64,000 nt of DNA, from contig NC_068984.1 in assembly GCF_001194135.2 (NCBI RefSeq), positions 120,327,933 to 120,391,932 of the forward strand. The letters are read 5' to 3'. This document shows, piece after piece, positions 12,015 to 23,800 of the stretch. Both the position numbers and the translations under genes were made by a program. The DNA is from Octopus bimaculoides. Its lineage: Eukaryota. The first letter of the stretch is position 1, and the number at the start of each line of letters is the position of its first letter. The notes under the pieces were generated by a model that was given only the letters and a program-made list of their open reading frames with translations, ran no database searches and was not told the DNA's origin.

Positions 12015-13432
12015 TCTTGGGCAAGTGGCTTCTACTATAACCTCGGGCTGACCAAAGCCTTGTGAGTGGATTTGGTAGATGGAAACTGAAAGAAGCCCAT
12101 CGTATATCATCATCATCATCATCATCATCATCATCGTTTAACGTCCGCTTTCCATGCTAGCATGGGTTGGACGATTTGACTGAGGACTGGTGAAACCGGA
12201 TGGCAACACCAGGCTCCAGTCTGATTTGGCAGAGTTTCTACAGCTGGATGCCCTTCCTAACGCCAACCACTCAGAGAGTGTAGTGGGTGCTTTTACGTGT
12301 CACCCGCACAAAAACGGCCATGCTCGAAATGGTGTCTTTTATGTGCCACCCGCACANNNNNNNNNNNNNNNNNNNNNNNNNNNNNNNNNNNNNNNNNNNN
12401 NNNNNNNNNNNNNNNNNNNNNNNNNNNNNNNNNNNNNNNNNNNNNNNNNNNNNNNNNNNNNNNNNNNNNNNNNNNNNNNNNNNNNNNNNNNNNNNNNNNN
12501 NNNNNNNNNNNNNNNNNNNNNNNNNNNNNNNNNNNNNNNNNNNNNNNNNNNNNNNNNNNNNNNNNNNNNNNNNNNNNNNNNNNNNNNNNNNNNNNNNNNN
12601 NNNNNNNNNNNNNNNNNNNNNNNNNNNNNNNNNNNNNNNNNNNNNNNNNNNNNNNNNNNNNNNNNNNNNNNNNNNNNNNNNNNNNNNNNNNNNNNNNNNN
12701 NNNNNNNNNNNNNNNNNNNNNNNNNNNNNNNNNNNNNNNNNNNNNNNNNNNNNNNNNNNNNNNNNNNNNNNNNNNNNNNNNNNNNNNNNNNNNNNNNNNN
12801 NNNNNNNNNNNNNNNNNNNNNNNNNNNNNNNNNNNNNNNNNNNNACTTACACTCTGACGGGTATTCACATTGACATTACACATCCAACGGAGCATACTGG
12901 CTTCATTCCTTGCGAGCTTACGTATGTCCTCAGCAGTTACAGCCCATGTTTCACTGCCATGTAGCATGGCTGTTCGTACGCATGCGTCATACAGTCTGCC
13001 TTTTACTCTGAGTGAGAGTCCCTTTGTCGCCAGCAGGGGTAAGAGCTCTCTAAACTTTGCCCAGGCTATTCTTATTCTAGCAGCTACACTTTCAGTGCAC
13101 CCACCCCCACTACTAACTTGGTCGCCCAGATAGCGGAAGCTATCGACTACCTCTAGTTTTTCACCCTGGAATGAGATAGAATATATATATATATATACAT
13201 ATGTATGTATATATTTATGTATGTGTGTCTTTGTGTTTGTCCTCCTACCATCACTTGACAACTGATGCTGGTGTGTTTATGCCCCTATAATTTAGAGGTT
13301 CAACAAAAAAAACCAATAGAATAAATACTAGGCTTACAAAGAATAAAACTTTGGGTCAATTTCTTGGACTAAAACCCTTTAAGGTGGTGCTCCAGCATGG
13401 CTGCAGTCAAATGACTGAAACAAATAAAAGAC
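12015..13432 (+). mobile_element. SINE family A split by an RTE LINE insertion (SINE parts about 12015-12107 and 13181-13432)
   Basis: The left part ends GAAAGAAGCCCATCGTATAT; the right part resumes with (TA)n..TTTGTCCTCCTACCATCACTTGACAAC and ends in the family tail. Confidence 0.85.
12108..13180 (-). mobile_element. 5'-truncated young RTE-clade LINE (RT C-terminal region, gap, 3' UTR, (GAT)n tail)
   Basis: Minus-strand 13178-12845 reads ISFQGEKLEVVDSFRYLGDQVSSGGGC..RIRIAWAKFRELLPLL..RVKGRLYDACVRTAMLHGSETW without stops. The 3' UTR at 12108-12356 is nearly identical to 48880-49082 and 54079-54278. Confidence 0.92.
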
Positions 13433-13517
13433 TAGAAGTCTTCTTGCTTTCTCACATTTTTGTGTCATTTGTCACATTCAGAAAGAGAAGCAAAACAATT
13501 CACTCTGACACTGCCCA

Positions 13518-13680
13518 TGAGCATAGCACGGTGGATAAAAGTGCTGGTTAATGCAATGCTGTCACCTCGAGGTTCTGAGTTCAATCCCAAGCAAGACACC
13601 TGAAGAAGACTGGAGAATACATCACTAAAATGTAGTGTAAACATCACTCAGGATGGGGACACCACTCTGACTAACACATA
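13518..13680 (+). mobile_element. decayed tRNA-headed SINE-like element with a hammerhead-like 3' segment
   Basis: A-box-like TAGCACGGTGG (13524-13534), B-box-like AGTTCAATCCC (13578-13588), then ACAC-CTGAAGA-AGACTG..CACT-AAAA-TGTA-GTGT (13596-13638). Confidence 0.5.
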
Positions 13681-14481
13681 AAAGGAAATATTTTGTCTTC
13701 AACTTGGATATTAACAAATAGAGGCCATTTTCTATTAGCAATCACATTACTGTGTGCCCTGAATGTATTTTATTGTCACTAGTACTAAAGCGGCATGAGG
13801 GTACATGGCCTAGTGGTTAGGGTTACTGACTCAGGAACGAAATTTACTTGTTGGGTTCAAACCCAGGCCCAGAAGTTTATTGCAAACAAGGTTTTATAGC
13901 TTTTTAAAATTTATTTCTGTTCTTTGAAGCCTAACTTCAAGCTGCTTTTTTACTGGTCACATTTTACGCACTGTTTTCTAAACCTGGAAAGAAAGCTGGG
14001 GTGCAAATTTTGATTTTGCTCCTCACAAACAATTTTAGAGTGTGCACTTGCATCCCCTACACCTCCTGTTCTCGGGCCCATGTTAGAGTGTTGAACTCAT
14101 GACCATAAGGCCGTAATTTTGATTCTTGCATTGGGTGGTGCATTGTGTTTATCACCAAAACACTTCATTTCACATTGCTCTGTGATCACTTTGTGATGTG
14201 GGGTGCAGCACACTGAGCACCTGTACATGCAGTGTTGATATGTTGAAGGTGTAAACTAACATGCAGTACAAACTGTACAGGTTGTCCAGCAAGAAATTGC
14301 AGAATTGTCTTTCTCAGATTCAAGAGACTATCAAGAAGTACTAGGGAGGTTATCTGTAACAACACTACAAAACTTTCTCGACTCTGTATCAGCTTCTATT
14401 CATAGTCACTGCTCTCCTACATGGGTTGCCAACTCTAGACCTTGTGGATTTCACATGTTCCCTGTTCATTTGTTCTCTTTT

Positions 14482-14524
<43 letters not shown>

Positions 14525-14994
14525 AATATATTTTTTTCCCANNNNNNNNNNNNNNNNNNNNNNNNNNNNNNNNNNNNNNNNNNNNNNNNNNNNNNNNNNN
14601 NNNNNNNNNNNNNNNNNNNNNNNNNNNNNNNNNNNNNNNNNNNNNNNNNNNNNNNNNNNNNNNNNNNNNNNNNNNNNNNNNNNNNNNNNNNNNNNNNNNN
14701 NNNNNNNNNNNNNNNNNNNNNNNNNNNNNNNNNNNNNNNNNNNNNNNNNNNNNNNNNNNNNNNNNNNNNNNNNNNNNNNNNNNNNNNNNNNNNNNNNNNN
14801 NNNNNNNNNNNNNNNNNNNNNNNNNNNNNNNNNNNNNNNNNNNNNNNNNNNNNNNNNNNNNNNNNNNNNNNNNNNNNNNNNNNNNNNNNNNNNNNNNNNN
14901 NNNNNNNNNNNNNNNNNNNNNNNNNNNNNNNNNNNNNNNNNNNNNNNNNNNNNNNNNNNNNNNNNNNNNNNNNNNNNNNNNNNNNNNNNNNNNN

Positions 14995-15033
<39 letters not shown>

Positions 15034-16262
15034 CTGTAACTTAGCAGTTTGGCAAAAGAGACAAATAGAATAAGTACTAGGCTTAAAAAGAAAATAAGTA
15101 CTGGGGTTGATCATTTTGACTGAAATTCCGCAAGGAAGTGCCCCAGCATGGCCAGTCAAATGATTGAAACAAGTGAAAGCTAAAAAATAAAGATAGTTTT
15201 ATCTCTTAAAATAAAATAGTTTTAAACTTTATCATACATTCATAGATCAAGAATGAAGGTACAGTTGAGAAATTTGTTATAGGATGCATGTGAGAAATAT
15301 GATTATATAAATTTTACAAAGGTACAAAAGAGTCAATAATATTTATAGTTGTTTGAAATTCCCACATGTATCAAGTCACATGTTTCCTAACTGCAGCTGT
15401 TCCAACAATTCTGATCTATGGAATATGTCATGCATGTATGCACTAGGTATCATTAGTACCAATTTTTCTTCAATGCTTTGGTTACATTGACCAAGCTTAT
15501 AAAACCTGCAATATCATGCTAAGAAAATATTGCAGATATTTTATTATGAGCTGAGAGGATTCCTGACACTAAGACATAAATCTGATTCATTCTGCCATAA
15601 CCAGTTTCTTTGTAGGTTTTGCAGTATACATTATGATCTTGCATATTTATTATGAAACACATGCTTCAGTTGTAATGAATGAACCATTAGTGAGACTTCA
15701 GTATAGCTTCAAAACTGACTTACCAATAAATATAAATCTTTTTGAACCACCATGTTTATAATTATCTCTCCTTGTTTTTGTGTTCTAGTAGTGATTGTGA
15801 AACATCTCAATCAATTTTCAACAAAGTCAGAATCAATCAGCATCAAGATGGATCCCATGAGCAATGCCATTCATGTGTTGAGTGGCACAGAATTTGCCAA
15901 AATATTGTCATGCTTCCATGTGATGTTTTACAAGCTGTAATTTCAATAACAGGTTCAAAAGAATCTTGTGATTAACAATTATTTTATAATTACTACAGAT
16001 GTATCTAAATCTCAATCTGCTTTCTGTACAACTAAATTAGGGGACATGCATTTGCTACTGTCAGTTTGAACATGCTCACAATCCCCTGTTCAGTCACCTA
16101 CCATGATTTAATGATTGATACTAAGGAATATACAATACTAGTTTCCAAGATGCAAACGTGTATGTATATTTTCTTCCAGTTCAATACTGGCCTTATAATT
16201 GTTTACTATACCAGTATCTTTAATGTTGGGTGGAATAAAATTTATTAATATTGCATTCTGTA

Positions 16263-16480
16263 ATATGGTGGGCTGGCAGAATCGTTAGCATGCTGGACAA
16301 AATGCTTTGTGGCATTTTGTTTGTCTTAACATTCTGAATTCAAATTCCACTGAGGTCGACTTTGCCTTTCACTCTTCTGTGGTCAATAAAGTAAGTACTA
16401 GTTGAACACTGGGGTCGATGTAATTGCCTTACTTACTCCCCTGAAATTACTGGCCATGTGCCAAAATTTGAAATCAGTAT
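16263..16480 (+). mobile_element. tRNA-headed SINE, working family B
   Basis: GGCTGGCAGAATCGTTAGC..GAATTCAAATTCC..GAGGTCGACTTTGCCTTTCA..CTGGGGTCGATGTAAT..CCAAAATTTGAA. Confidence 0.85.
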
Positions 16481-16981
16481 TAGTTTCCAAGGAGCAAATA
16501 TGCTATATGTGTGTTTTCTCTCAGTTCAATACTGACCTTATAATAGTTTAATATACCAGTATCTTTAATGTCAGGCAGAATAAAATTGATTAATATTGCA
16601 TTATTAATATTTAATACATCAGTTTCAATAAACCCATGACTTTTATGACAGTCCATTACCAGCACTGGTACATATTTATATTGTGTGCTTGTTTCTAGAG
16701 TGCTTTCAAAGAAACTCAATATTTTTAATCAATGATCTATCAAACTGGTGAAGTTGGAGAGGGTTTTCATAAAAGTTGGGTTAAACAAATGACATTGTCT
16801 TAAAACTGGAGTAACCTCAATAATGGTATCCACTTACATCTTTAAACTGTTGTTATTCAGTATAATTAGAAGTAAGGTGGGATTTTTTGCCTTGTAAGGT
16901 TTCATTGTTAGGGATTTAATCACAATGTGAACTGGTTGAGCATCATTAAAAACATTCACTGTCACTATTCATTTGTAAATT

Positions 16982-17165
16982 AAAGTGGCGAGCTGGCAGA
17001 ACTGTTAGCACACAGGGCAAAATGCTGGGTGGAATTTCATCCATCTGCATGTTCTGAGTTTGAACTTCACTGAGGTCGACTTTACCTTTCATCTTTTTTG
17101 GGGACAAAGAAATAAGTACCAGTTGAGTACTGGGGTTGATGTAATCGACTATCTCCCTCTCCACA
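16982..17165 (+). mobile_element. SINE family B
   Basis: GGCGAGCTGGCAGAAC head and GAGGTCGACTTTACCTTTCATC core. Confidence 0.85.
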
Positions 17166-17823
17166 CTTTCAGCCCTGATTAGACTAACCTATAACCAAAA
17201 GCATTCATATTACAATCTTCCTTTCTTTTCTTTCTTTTTTTTAAAACTCCAGCCACGGTCTATCAATTTACCTAAGACTACCTCAGTCAATGTGTTCAAG
17301 GGAAATGTGGCTGTTATTTCTAGCAGTTCAAGTGGCCACATAAAAGGTTTTCTTGGTGGTTTGAATTATTTTAACTTGTTGCTAGGGTTTGCTATTTATG
17401 TGTTGAATTTTAAGTTATTACTAATAAAGATTTTGTGACCAATCATTTTGTATTCAAGGAAATAGTCCTTTTCATTCTCTTTTGCTTTTATGTATTTTGG
17501 TCATTGGACTGTGGCCATACTAGGGCACTGTCTTGAAAGACCTTTTTGGTCTATCAAATTGACACTCAATATTTATATCAAATTTAGAACTTATTCTATC
17601 AGATTCTTTTGCTGAACTGCCAAGTTACAAAAATGTAAACAAACCAACACTGGTTGTCAAGCAGTGAGAGACAAATACAAAGATGCACACACTCAATATA
17701 TACAAAAGGCTTCCACCTACCAAATTCACTGCCAAGGCTTAGGCCAGCAGGGCTTACAGTAGAAAACACTTACCCAAAGTGCAGTGCAGTAGAACTGAGC
17801 TCAAAACCACATGGTTTCAAAAT

Positions 17824-18010
17824 TAAAGTTCCCCTCCGAGGCACAAACCTGGGGAAATTTGTTTATGGAAGACCAGCAGTTATCCTTGCATACCAGCCTC
17901 TCCTCTCCACGCTACTGATGTTATCCAAGGGAAAGGCAAAGGCTGTTACAGCTTGGCACTAGTGACACTGCAACTCATTTCTACAGCTGAATGAATAGGA
18001 GCAATGTGAA
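17824..18010 (-). mobile_element. SINE fragment truncated at GCAATGTGAA
   Basis: Ends ACTCATTTCTACAGCTGAATGAATAGGAGCAATGTGAA, the block shared with the 18130-18382 SINE family. Confidence 0.65.
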
Positions 18011-18129
18011 CTGGTTGAGCATCTTTAAAAACATTATTCATAATCTTATGGTTACTGAAATACGATTACTAAAATAAGATAAGCAATAGTATTCTATATC
18101 TTCTGATTTTTACACCTAAAACCTATTTT

Positions 18130-18382
18130 ATTCCACACATTGGTTAGTCCACATGACTCTATAAGGAGCATAGGGCTAATTTCCTGGTTTCTCTGGTGTA
18201 TATATTTCTCCATGGATGGGACACCAGGTCATTGCAGGATTACACATTTTTCCCAACTGAATGGACTGGAGCAATGTGAAACGAAGTGTCTTGTTCAAGA
18301 ACATAATGCGTCACCTGGTCCAGGAATCGAAACCACAATCATATGATCATGAGTCCAACACCCTAACCACTACGCCATGTGC
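18130..18382 (-). mobile_element. tRNA-headed SINE
   Basis: The reverse complement begins GGGAGCACATGGCGTAGTGGTTAGGGTGTTGGACTCATGATC..GGTTTCGATTCC, with A and B boxes. Confidence 0.85.
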
Positions 18383-18619
18383 TCCCACTTATTATCCTAC
18401 ATAATACATGCCAGAAATTTTCCAATTGAAATCCAAGGCCCTCAAAATTCCTAAAAGATTGAGAATCACAATTGTAATATATTTTTTATCTTTTACTTGT
18501 TTCAGTCACGGGGCTGTGACCTTGCTTTTGAAGGGTTTTAGTCAAACAAACCAACTCCAGCACTTGTTTTTTAAAGCCTTATACTTATTCTATCATAACT
18601 TAACTAATTGGGCTATCTT

Positions 18620-19215
18620 CAAATGTTGGGCCTCATGGAAGCGATACAAGTGATGAGACCTTTGGTGAAATGCCGTACTTGAGAAGATCCGTCAAGCCAA
18701 GTGAAATCGTAGTTGTGGATGATGCTGGTGCCATGTGACTGGCACCCGTGCCATAAAAGTACCTTTGTTGGTGGCACGTTAAAAGCTGAGTGGGCTGGAG
18801 CAACGTGAAATGAAGTGTTTTGCTCAAGAAAATAATGCGTCACCTGGTCCAGGAATTGAAACCACAATCACATGATCATGAGTCCAACATCCTAACCACT
18901 AAGCCACGTGCCCCCACTTATTATTCTACATAATACATGCCAGTAATTTTCCAATTGAAATCCAAGGTCCTCCAAATTCCTAAAATATTGCGAATCACAA
19001 TTTTAATATGCCATAAAAGCACCTGTGCTGGTGGCACGTTAAAAGCACCCAATATACTCTTGGAGTGGTTGGTGTTGGGAAGGGCATCCAGCTATAGAGA
19101 CCGTGCCAAATCAGACTGGAACCTGGTGCAGCTCTCTGGCTTGTCAGCTCCAGTCAAACTGTCTAACCCATGCTAGCATGGAAAGCAGAAGCTAAATGAT
19201 GATAATGATGATGAT
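18620..19215 (+). mobile_element. SINE with RTE-type 3' tail, interrupted by a duplicated local segment (18787-19009)
   Basis: The tail GGAAGGGCATCCAGCTATAG..CCATGCTAGCATGGAAAGC..(GAT)n matches the RTE 3' UTR. A 37-bp block is repeated at 18750-18786 and 19010-19046. Confidence 0.7.
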
Positions 19216-19832
19216 AAGTTACATGGATGTAAACAAACAAACACTGGTTGTCAAGCGGTCGTGGGACAAACACAAATACAAGTAAATATATGCACATATA
19301 TATACATTTTTTTTTCCATGTTAAGTTCTCTTTGGGTTTTTTTCTCTGCATGTATGTACATTTTTACTTTAATATTGTAACTTTTTTCAAACATGGTCTT
19401 GCCTATCACTTTTTAACTCGTGTAAAAGATATATATATATACATATAGTTTTTCGTTTTTCAATATTAATATGTATATCTATAACTCTCGATGGTTTTTT
19501 TCTACTAGTCCACCTGTTACGTTATATTTTACTATACACACGTGGCCCTATTTATTATACTTTGTCTCGACCTGTTACCATTTTTTTAAACATACCCATT
19601 AGCTTTTCATTCTTATTTTTATGTTATAGTTTACTGCACAAATAGACGTGCATACACATTGATATGTCTTGTCTTTTTTTCCCTTTCGTCTCTCTTACTA
19701 TTATTGTTACTGTTACATTTTCCCCTTTTAAAACTTGCTTGCAAATATCTGATTTTTTTTCCCTATTACCCCACTTGTATTCTCCCTTGTATCTTATTTT
19801 AATTTACTTTATTTTTTGATGTTCTTAAAAAA

Positions 19833-19936
19833 ATTCCCCACACTGATGAAAATTACAATGCATAAATAATTACTATGGTTATAATTTTTTTCTTACATAT
19901 TTGTATTGTCCTTTGAAACACACGTATGTATTGAAT
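19833..19936 (+). ncRNA. decayed type I hammerhead-ribozyme fold, probably a Penelope-like element relic
   Basis: CTGATGA at 19843-19849, a long stem II (19850-19862 with 19902-19914), GAAAC at 19915-19919, GTA triplet at 19924-19926, and stem I ATTC..ACA / TGT..GAAT. Confidence 0.5.
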
Positions 19937-20428
19937 CCTATTTTGTATTAATTCTAATTTTGATGCAACATCTTTTTCTCCTCCATTTTTTCTATAATTG
20001 TTTATGGTATTTTTATACCTATAACAATATTTTTCAACTACTATTTTCATATTCTTATTACTTGCTTGAGCTGTTTTTTATGAATATAATGAATCTTTAT
20101 TAGAAATCATTCTTTCTCTCATTATGGACCTCTCAAAAAGTTTGAATTGTTCTCTTTTGAACTTATTTTTTTTTACACATATATACATGTATATGATGGG
20201 CTTCTTTCAGTTTCTATTGAGCAAATACACTTACAAGGCTTTGGTCGGCCTGGGACTTTGGTAGAAGATATTTGCCCAAGGTACCATGCAGTGGGACTGA
20301 AGCTGGAACCATATGCAATTGGAAAGCAAACTGCATAGCCATGTATGTGCCAAAAGAATACTATACAAAAAAATGAATATATATATATATATATGTGTGT
20401 ATGTATGTATATATATATATATATATAT

Positions 20429-20804
20429 GGAGTGGCTGTATGGTAAGTAGCTTGCTTACCAACTACATGGTTACAGGTTCAGTCTGTGTGGAACCTTGGG
20501 CAAGTGTCTTCTACTATATAGCCTTGGGCCAACCAAAGCCTTGAGTGGATTTGGTAGATGGAAACTGAAAGAAGCCCGTCGTATATATATATGTGAGTGT
20601 GTGTGTGTGTATGTGTGTCTGTCCCCACAACATCGCTTGACGACTGATGCTGGTGTGTTTACGTCCCCGAAACTTAGCGGTTCGGCAAGAGAGACCGATA
20701 GAATAAGTACTAGACTTACAAAGAATAAGTCCTGGGGTCGATTTGCTCGACTGAAGGCGGTGCTCCAGCATGGTCGCAGTCAAATGACTGAAACAAATAA
20801 AAGA
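20429..20804 (+). mobile_element. SINE family A, young CpG-rich copy
   Basis: Complete head, centre and tail, with GTCGATTTGCTCGAC at 20737-20751. Confidence 0.9.
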
Positions 20805-20849
20805 ATATATATATATTTCCACAGTATAATTGTTATCTTGTTTTGTTCT

Positions 20850-23800
20850 CGGTTAATGTAATGAGCTGCAATGGCTCCTTTTCGTAGATGTATAATCATA
20901 CTTTTGATGTGATACGTGTGTGTCCAATGTGAAAAAAAAGAAAGTAGAATAATGAATTTCCATGATTACTTTATGGGCTTTAGTCGTCTAAATTTAATCC
21001 AGCAGCTTGCAGGTTTTTCATTTGTTGTCGAGCTAAGCGTTTTTTAAAATATTTTGGTAATATATTATTGATTTTTAATATTGCAATAAGGTCAGATGTT
21101 TTGGGAAGATGGGTATCATCGATCATATCGATCTTGGCGTATTGCTGATACTAAAACCAATGAGGTAGCTTCCACGTGGTTGCTTGACCTGCTAGAAAAA
21201 ACAAACAACCAAATGCCTTTCAAATTACACTCTATCATCTTGAAAGTGGTAAAAAACAGTGTATTATAATGTCATTTTAGATATAAAATGCCTGAGAAAA
21301 AAAGGTCACAAAAATACATTCTGTCGCACTAAATAGCAACAATAAATGATACTTATTTTGTTGAACCCAGAAGGATGAAAGGCGAAGTCAGCTCTGACTG
21401 AATTCGAACCGAGAATGTAAAGAGACGTAGCTAACTGCCTCGAAGCATTTTGGTAATAAATTATGAAAGCTAGTTTATGATTGTATCACACTAAATCTCA
21501 CATGTCGTGTTCTGCTGGAGAACGCAACAAATATGAACCTAATGAACCTTGGAAATTTATGGTTCCAGGCACAGTTATTGAGATACTTATAAGGAGATAT
21601 AAAAATATTCTAAATCCGTCATATTTTCTAAATGTATAAAGGCCGGGTTATTCCCAAGCCCTCCCCCACTTACAAATATGTATATATATAAGTGTGTATG
21701 TATGTAATTCAACGAATTTAATTTCGACAATAATTTAAGTGCTAAAATTCCGAAGTAATTCAAAATTCGTGTCGGGAACTCTTAATATCATGGGAAATGA
21801 CGTAACCGGGGAGGTTGAGACTTTTAAAATTGTTCTCGTTTTCCTTTTTTACAAGCCTACATAATAACAACAATACGATAAGAAAAAGGAAGTGAAATAA
21901 AAGAAAACTATGTTTTGGTAGCTTTAGATTAAGAACCAATTTCATGATTATATAATCGACGATGGAGAATGTCCTATAGACAAAAATATGTAGAGGAAGG
22001 AAATTAACTAAAGTTTAACTGAAGATTACACTATACTATAAGTGTGTGTGGCAAAGGCGTGATGGGTTTTCTTTTTCTTTTTTACTATACAACCAACTGA
22101 CAGTAAAACGTCTTATTTACTACTAAGTAAACTCAGACGGACGTGTCATCTGTGAATGAAAGAAAAACCTCTAATAATCAGATGACAACAACGACGAGCG
22201 ACTGCTAAATATCAGCCAAGCTAGAATTGTACCACTGAGGAATGGGTTGTACGCATGCGTGGAGCCAGTGACCTAGTTTCTCAGCGGGAAAGTCGAATTA
22301 TAATTATCACTGTGGTGATCAGTACTCTGGCTGGATTTCCGAAATTTGTTGCCGGTAAGTAAAGAAAGAAATCTATTTTCTTGATTGTGAAGCAAAAAAT
22401 ATACCGAGATCATTTTGTGAATGTTTGTGGCGAAAACACACTCGAGAATCGCTGTTAGGTTTTTTGATGCCTGCTTCTCCGAAAACGAACCGAGCAGTTT
22501 TGGTCTCTACTATGTGTCTATCTTGACAGTAGCACTCAGCGATTAGAAGAATACGAAGTGGGGGGGGGGGTCATTTTTGTTAAGTCTACTGCTTTCAGAA
22601 CGATTCCTCGTTTTATATAGCCACCTAGCTGCTGTCTTTCTTCGTTTTATTTGTTTTCTTTTCTGCTGCCATACATCATAATTTGTCTTAGAAACGTCCC
22701 TTATCTTTTCAAAGTCTCGTGATCCAGTTAATATATTTCGTTGATTTTGATTAATATAAAATGAACCACCGATTTTGGTATCGATTTGGTAGGTTTCGTT
22801 AGTGTCGAATTCATCTGATGATATTTTCTTTCAATCTATTCTTCCTCGTGTAGTAGTAGTGGCAGTAGTTGTAGCCATGTGTTTATCAGAAACGAAAGTA
22901 ATTTTAATTTAACGATTAAATTTGATTGCGTTGTTACTAAAATACAATAATAAAAATAATGATAATGAATAGTTAATTAACGTTTATTCAAAAAAATTTT
23001 TTAAATCACTAACATTATTATTAATGGTGGTTGCAGAATCGTTAGAGCGCCAGGGGAAAATGTCTTGGAATATTTGTCTCGGCTTTTTACGTTCTGAGTT
23101 CATATCCTACCGGAGTCAATTCTTTCATGGGTCGATAAAATAAAGTACCTGTCAAATACTAGATTCGACTTACTCATTCCTTAAAAATTGCTAGCCTAGT
23201 ACCTAAATCAGAAACAATTATCATTATCAATATATTTATATTTATATATATATACACACACGTACAAAGTTTTAAAATAATCATTGAATGCAACCACTCA
23301 ACAATTAGGCTAATTAAAATTTTAATAAGACCATGTCTGGCTTAAACTATTTTCTTATATAGCCAATCAATATTTAATCGGCTAGAGTGTTTTTATTAGA
23401 CCTTTTCTCTCTTCTCGCTTTGTTTGGTTCCGTTAATGTGCTTGATAAGAATTGCATATTCTAAGAGACTGACATGGAGCGAAAATGACACTGCTACTGT
23501 TCTTGTCTGTAACGTGTTGCAAGAAAGAGAATGGTAAAACGGACTTCCAGCATCCAGTAGTAGTAGAAGCGATGTTAATGGATGTTCAGTTTCTTGAATT
23601 TTAAGGAGTGTCTTAATGATAATAAAAATAATAAAAAGATTGAATTATACATGTGTGCGCGCATGGTTGTGTGCATGTGCGTGTGTGTGGGTTAGGTGCT
23701 TGTTTGTGTGCGTGTGTATGTATGTTTGCGTGTGTAACAGAATGTATTCGTTGCATATATTTGTGTCAGTATGCACTTGCACAGTTAATTTGTTGCACTC

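Noticed and set aside
13465-13647. Apparent exons on both strands (VSCLGLNSEPRG.. and REAKQFTLTLPM..)
   Set aside because: The segment is better explained as a decayed tRNA-headed SINE, so the splice-like signals are probably coincidental.
13795-13875. tRNA-like sequence (also 41410-41480 and all SINE heads)
   Set aside because: It has A/B boxes but no complete cloverleaf or acceptor stem, and continues into SINE body sequence. No genuine tRNA gene is supported.
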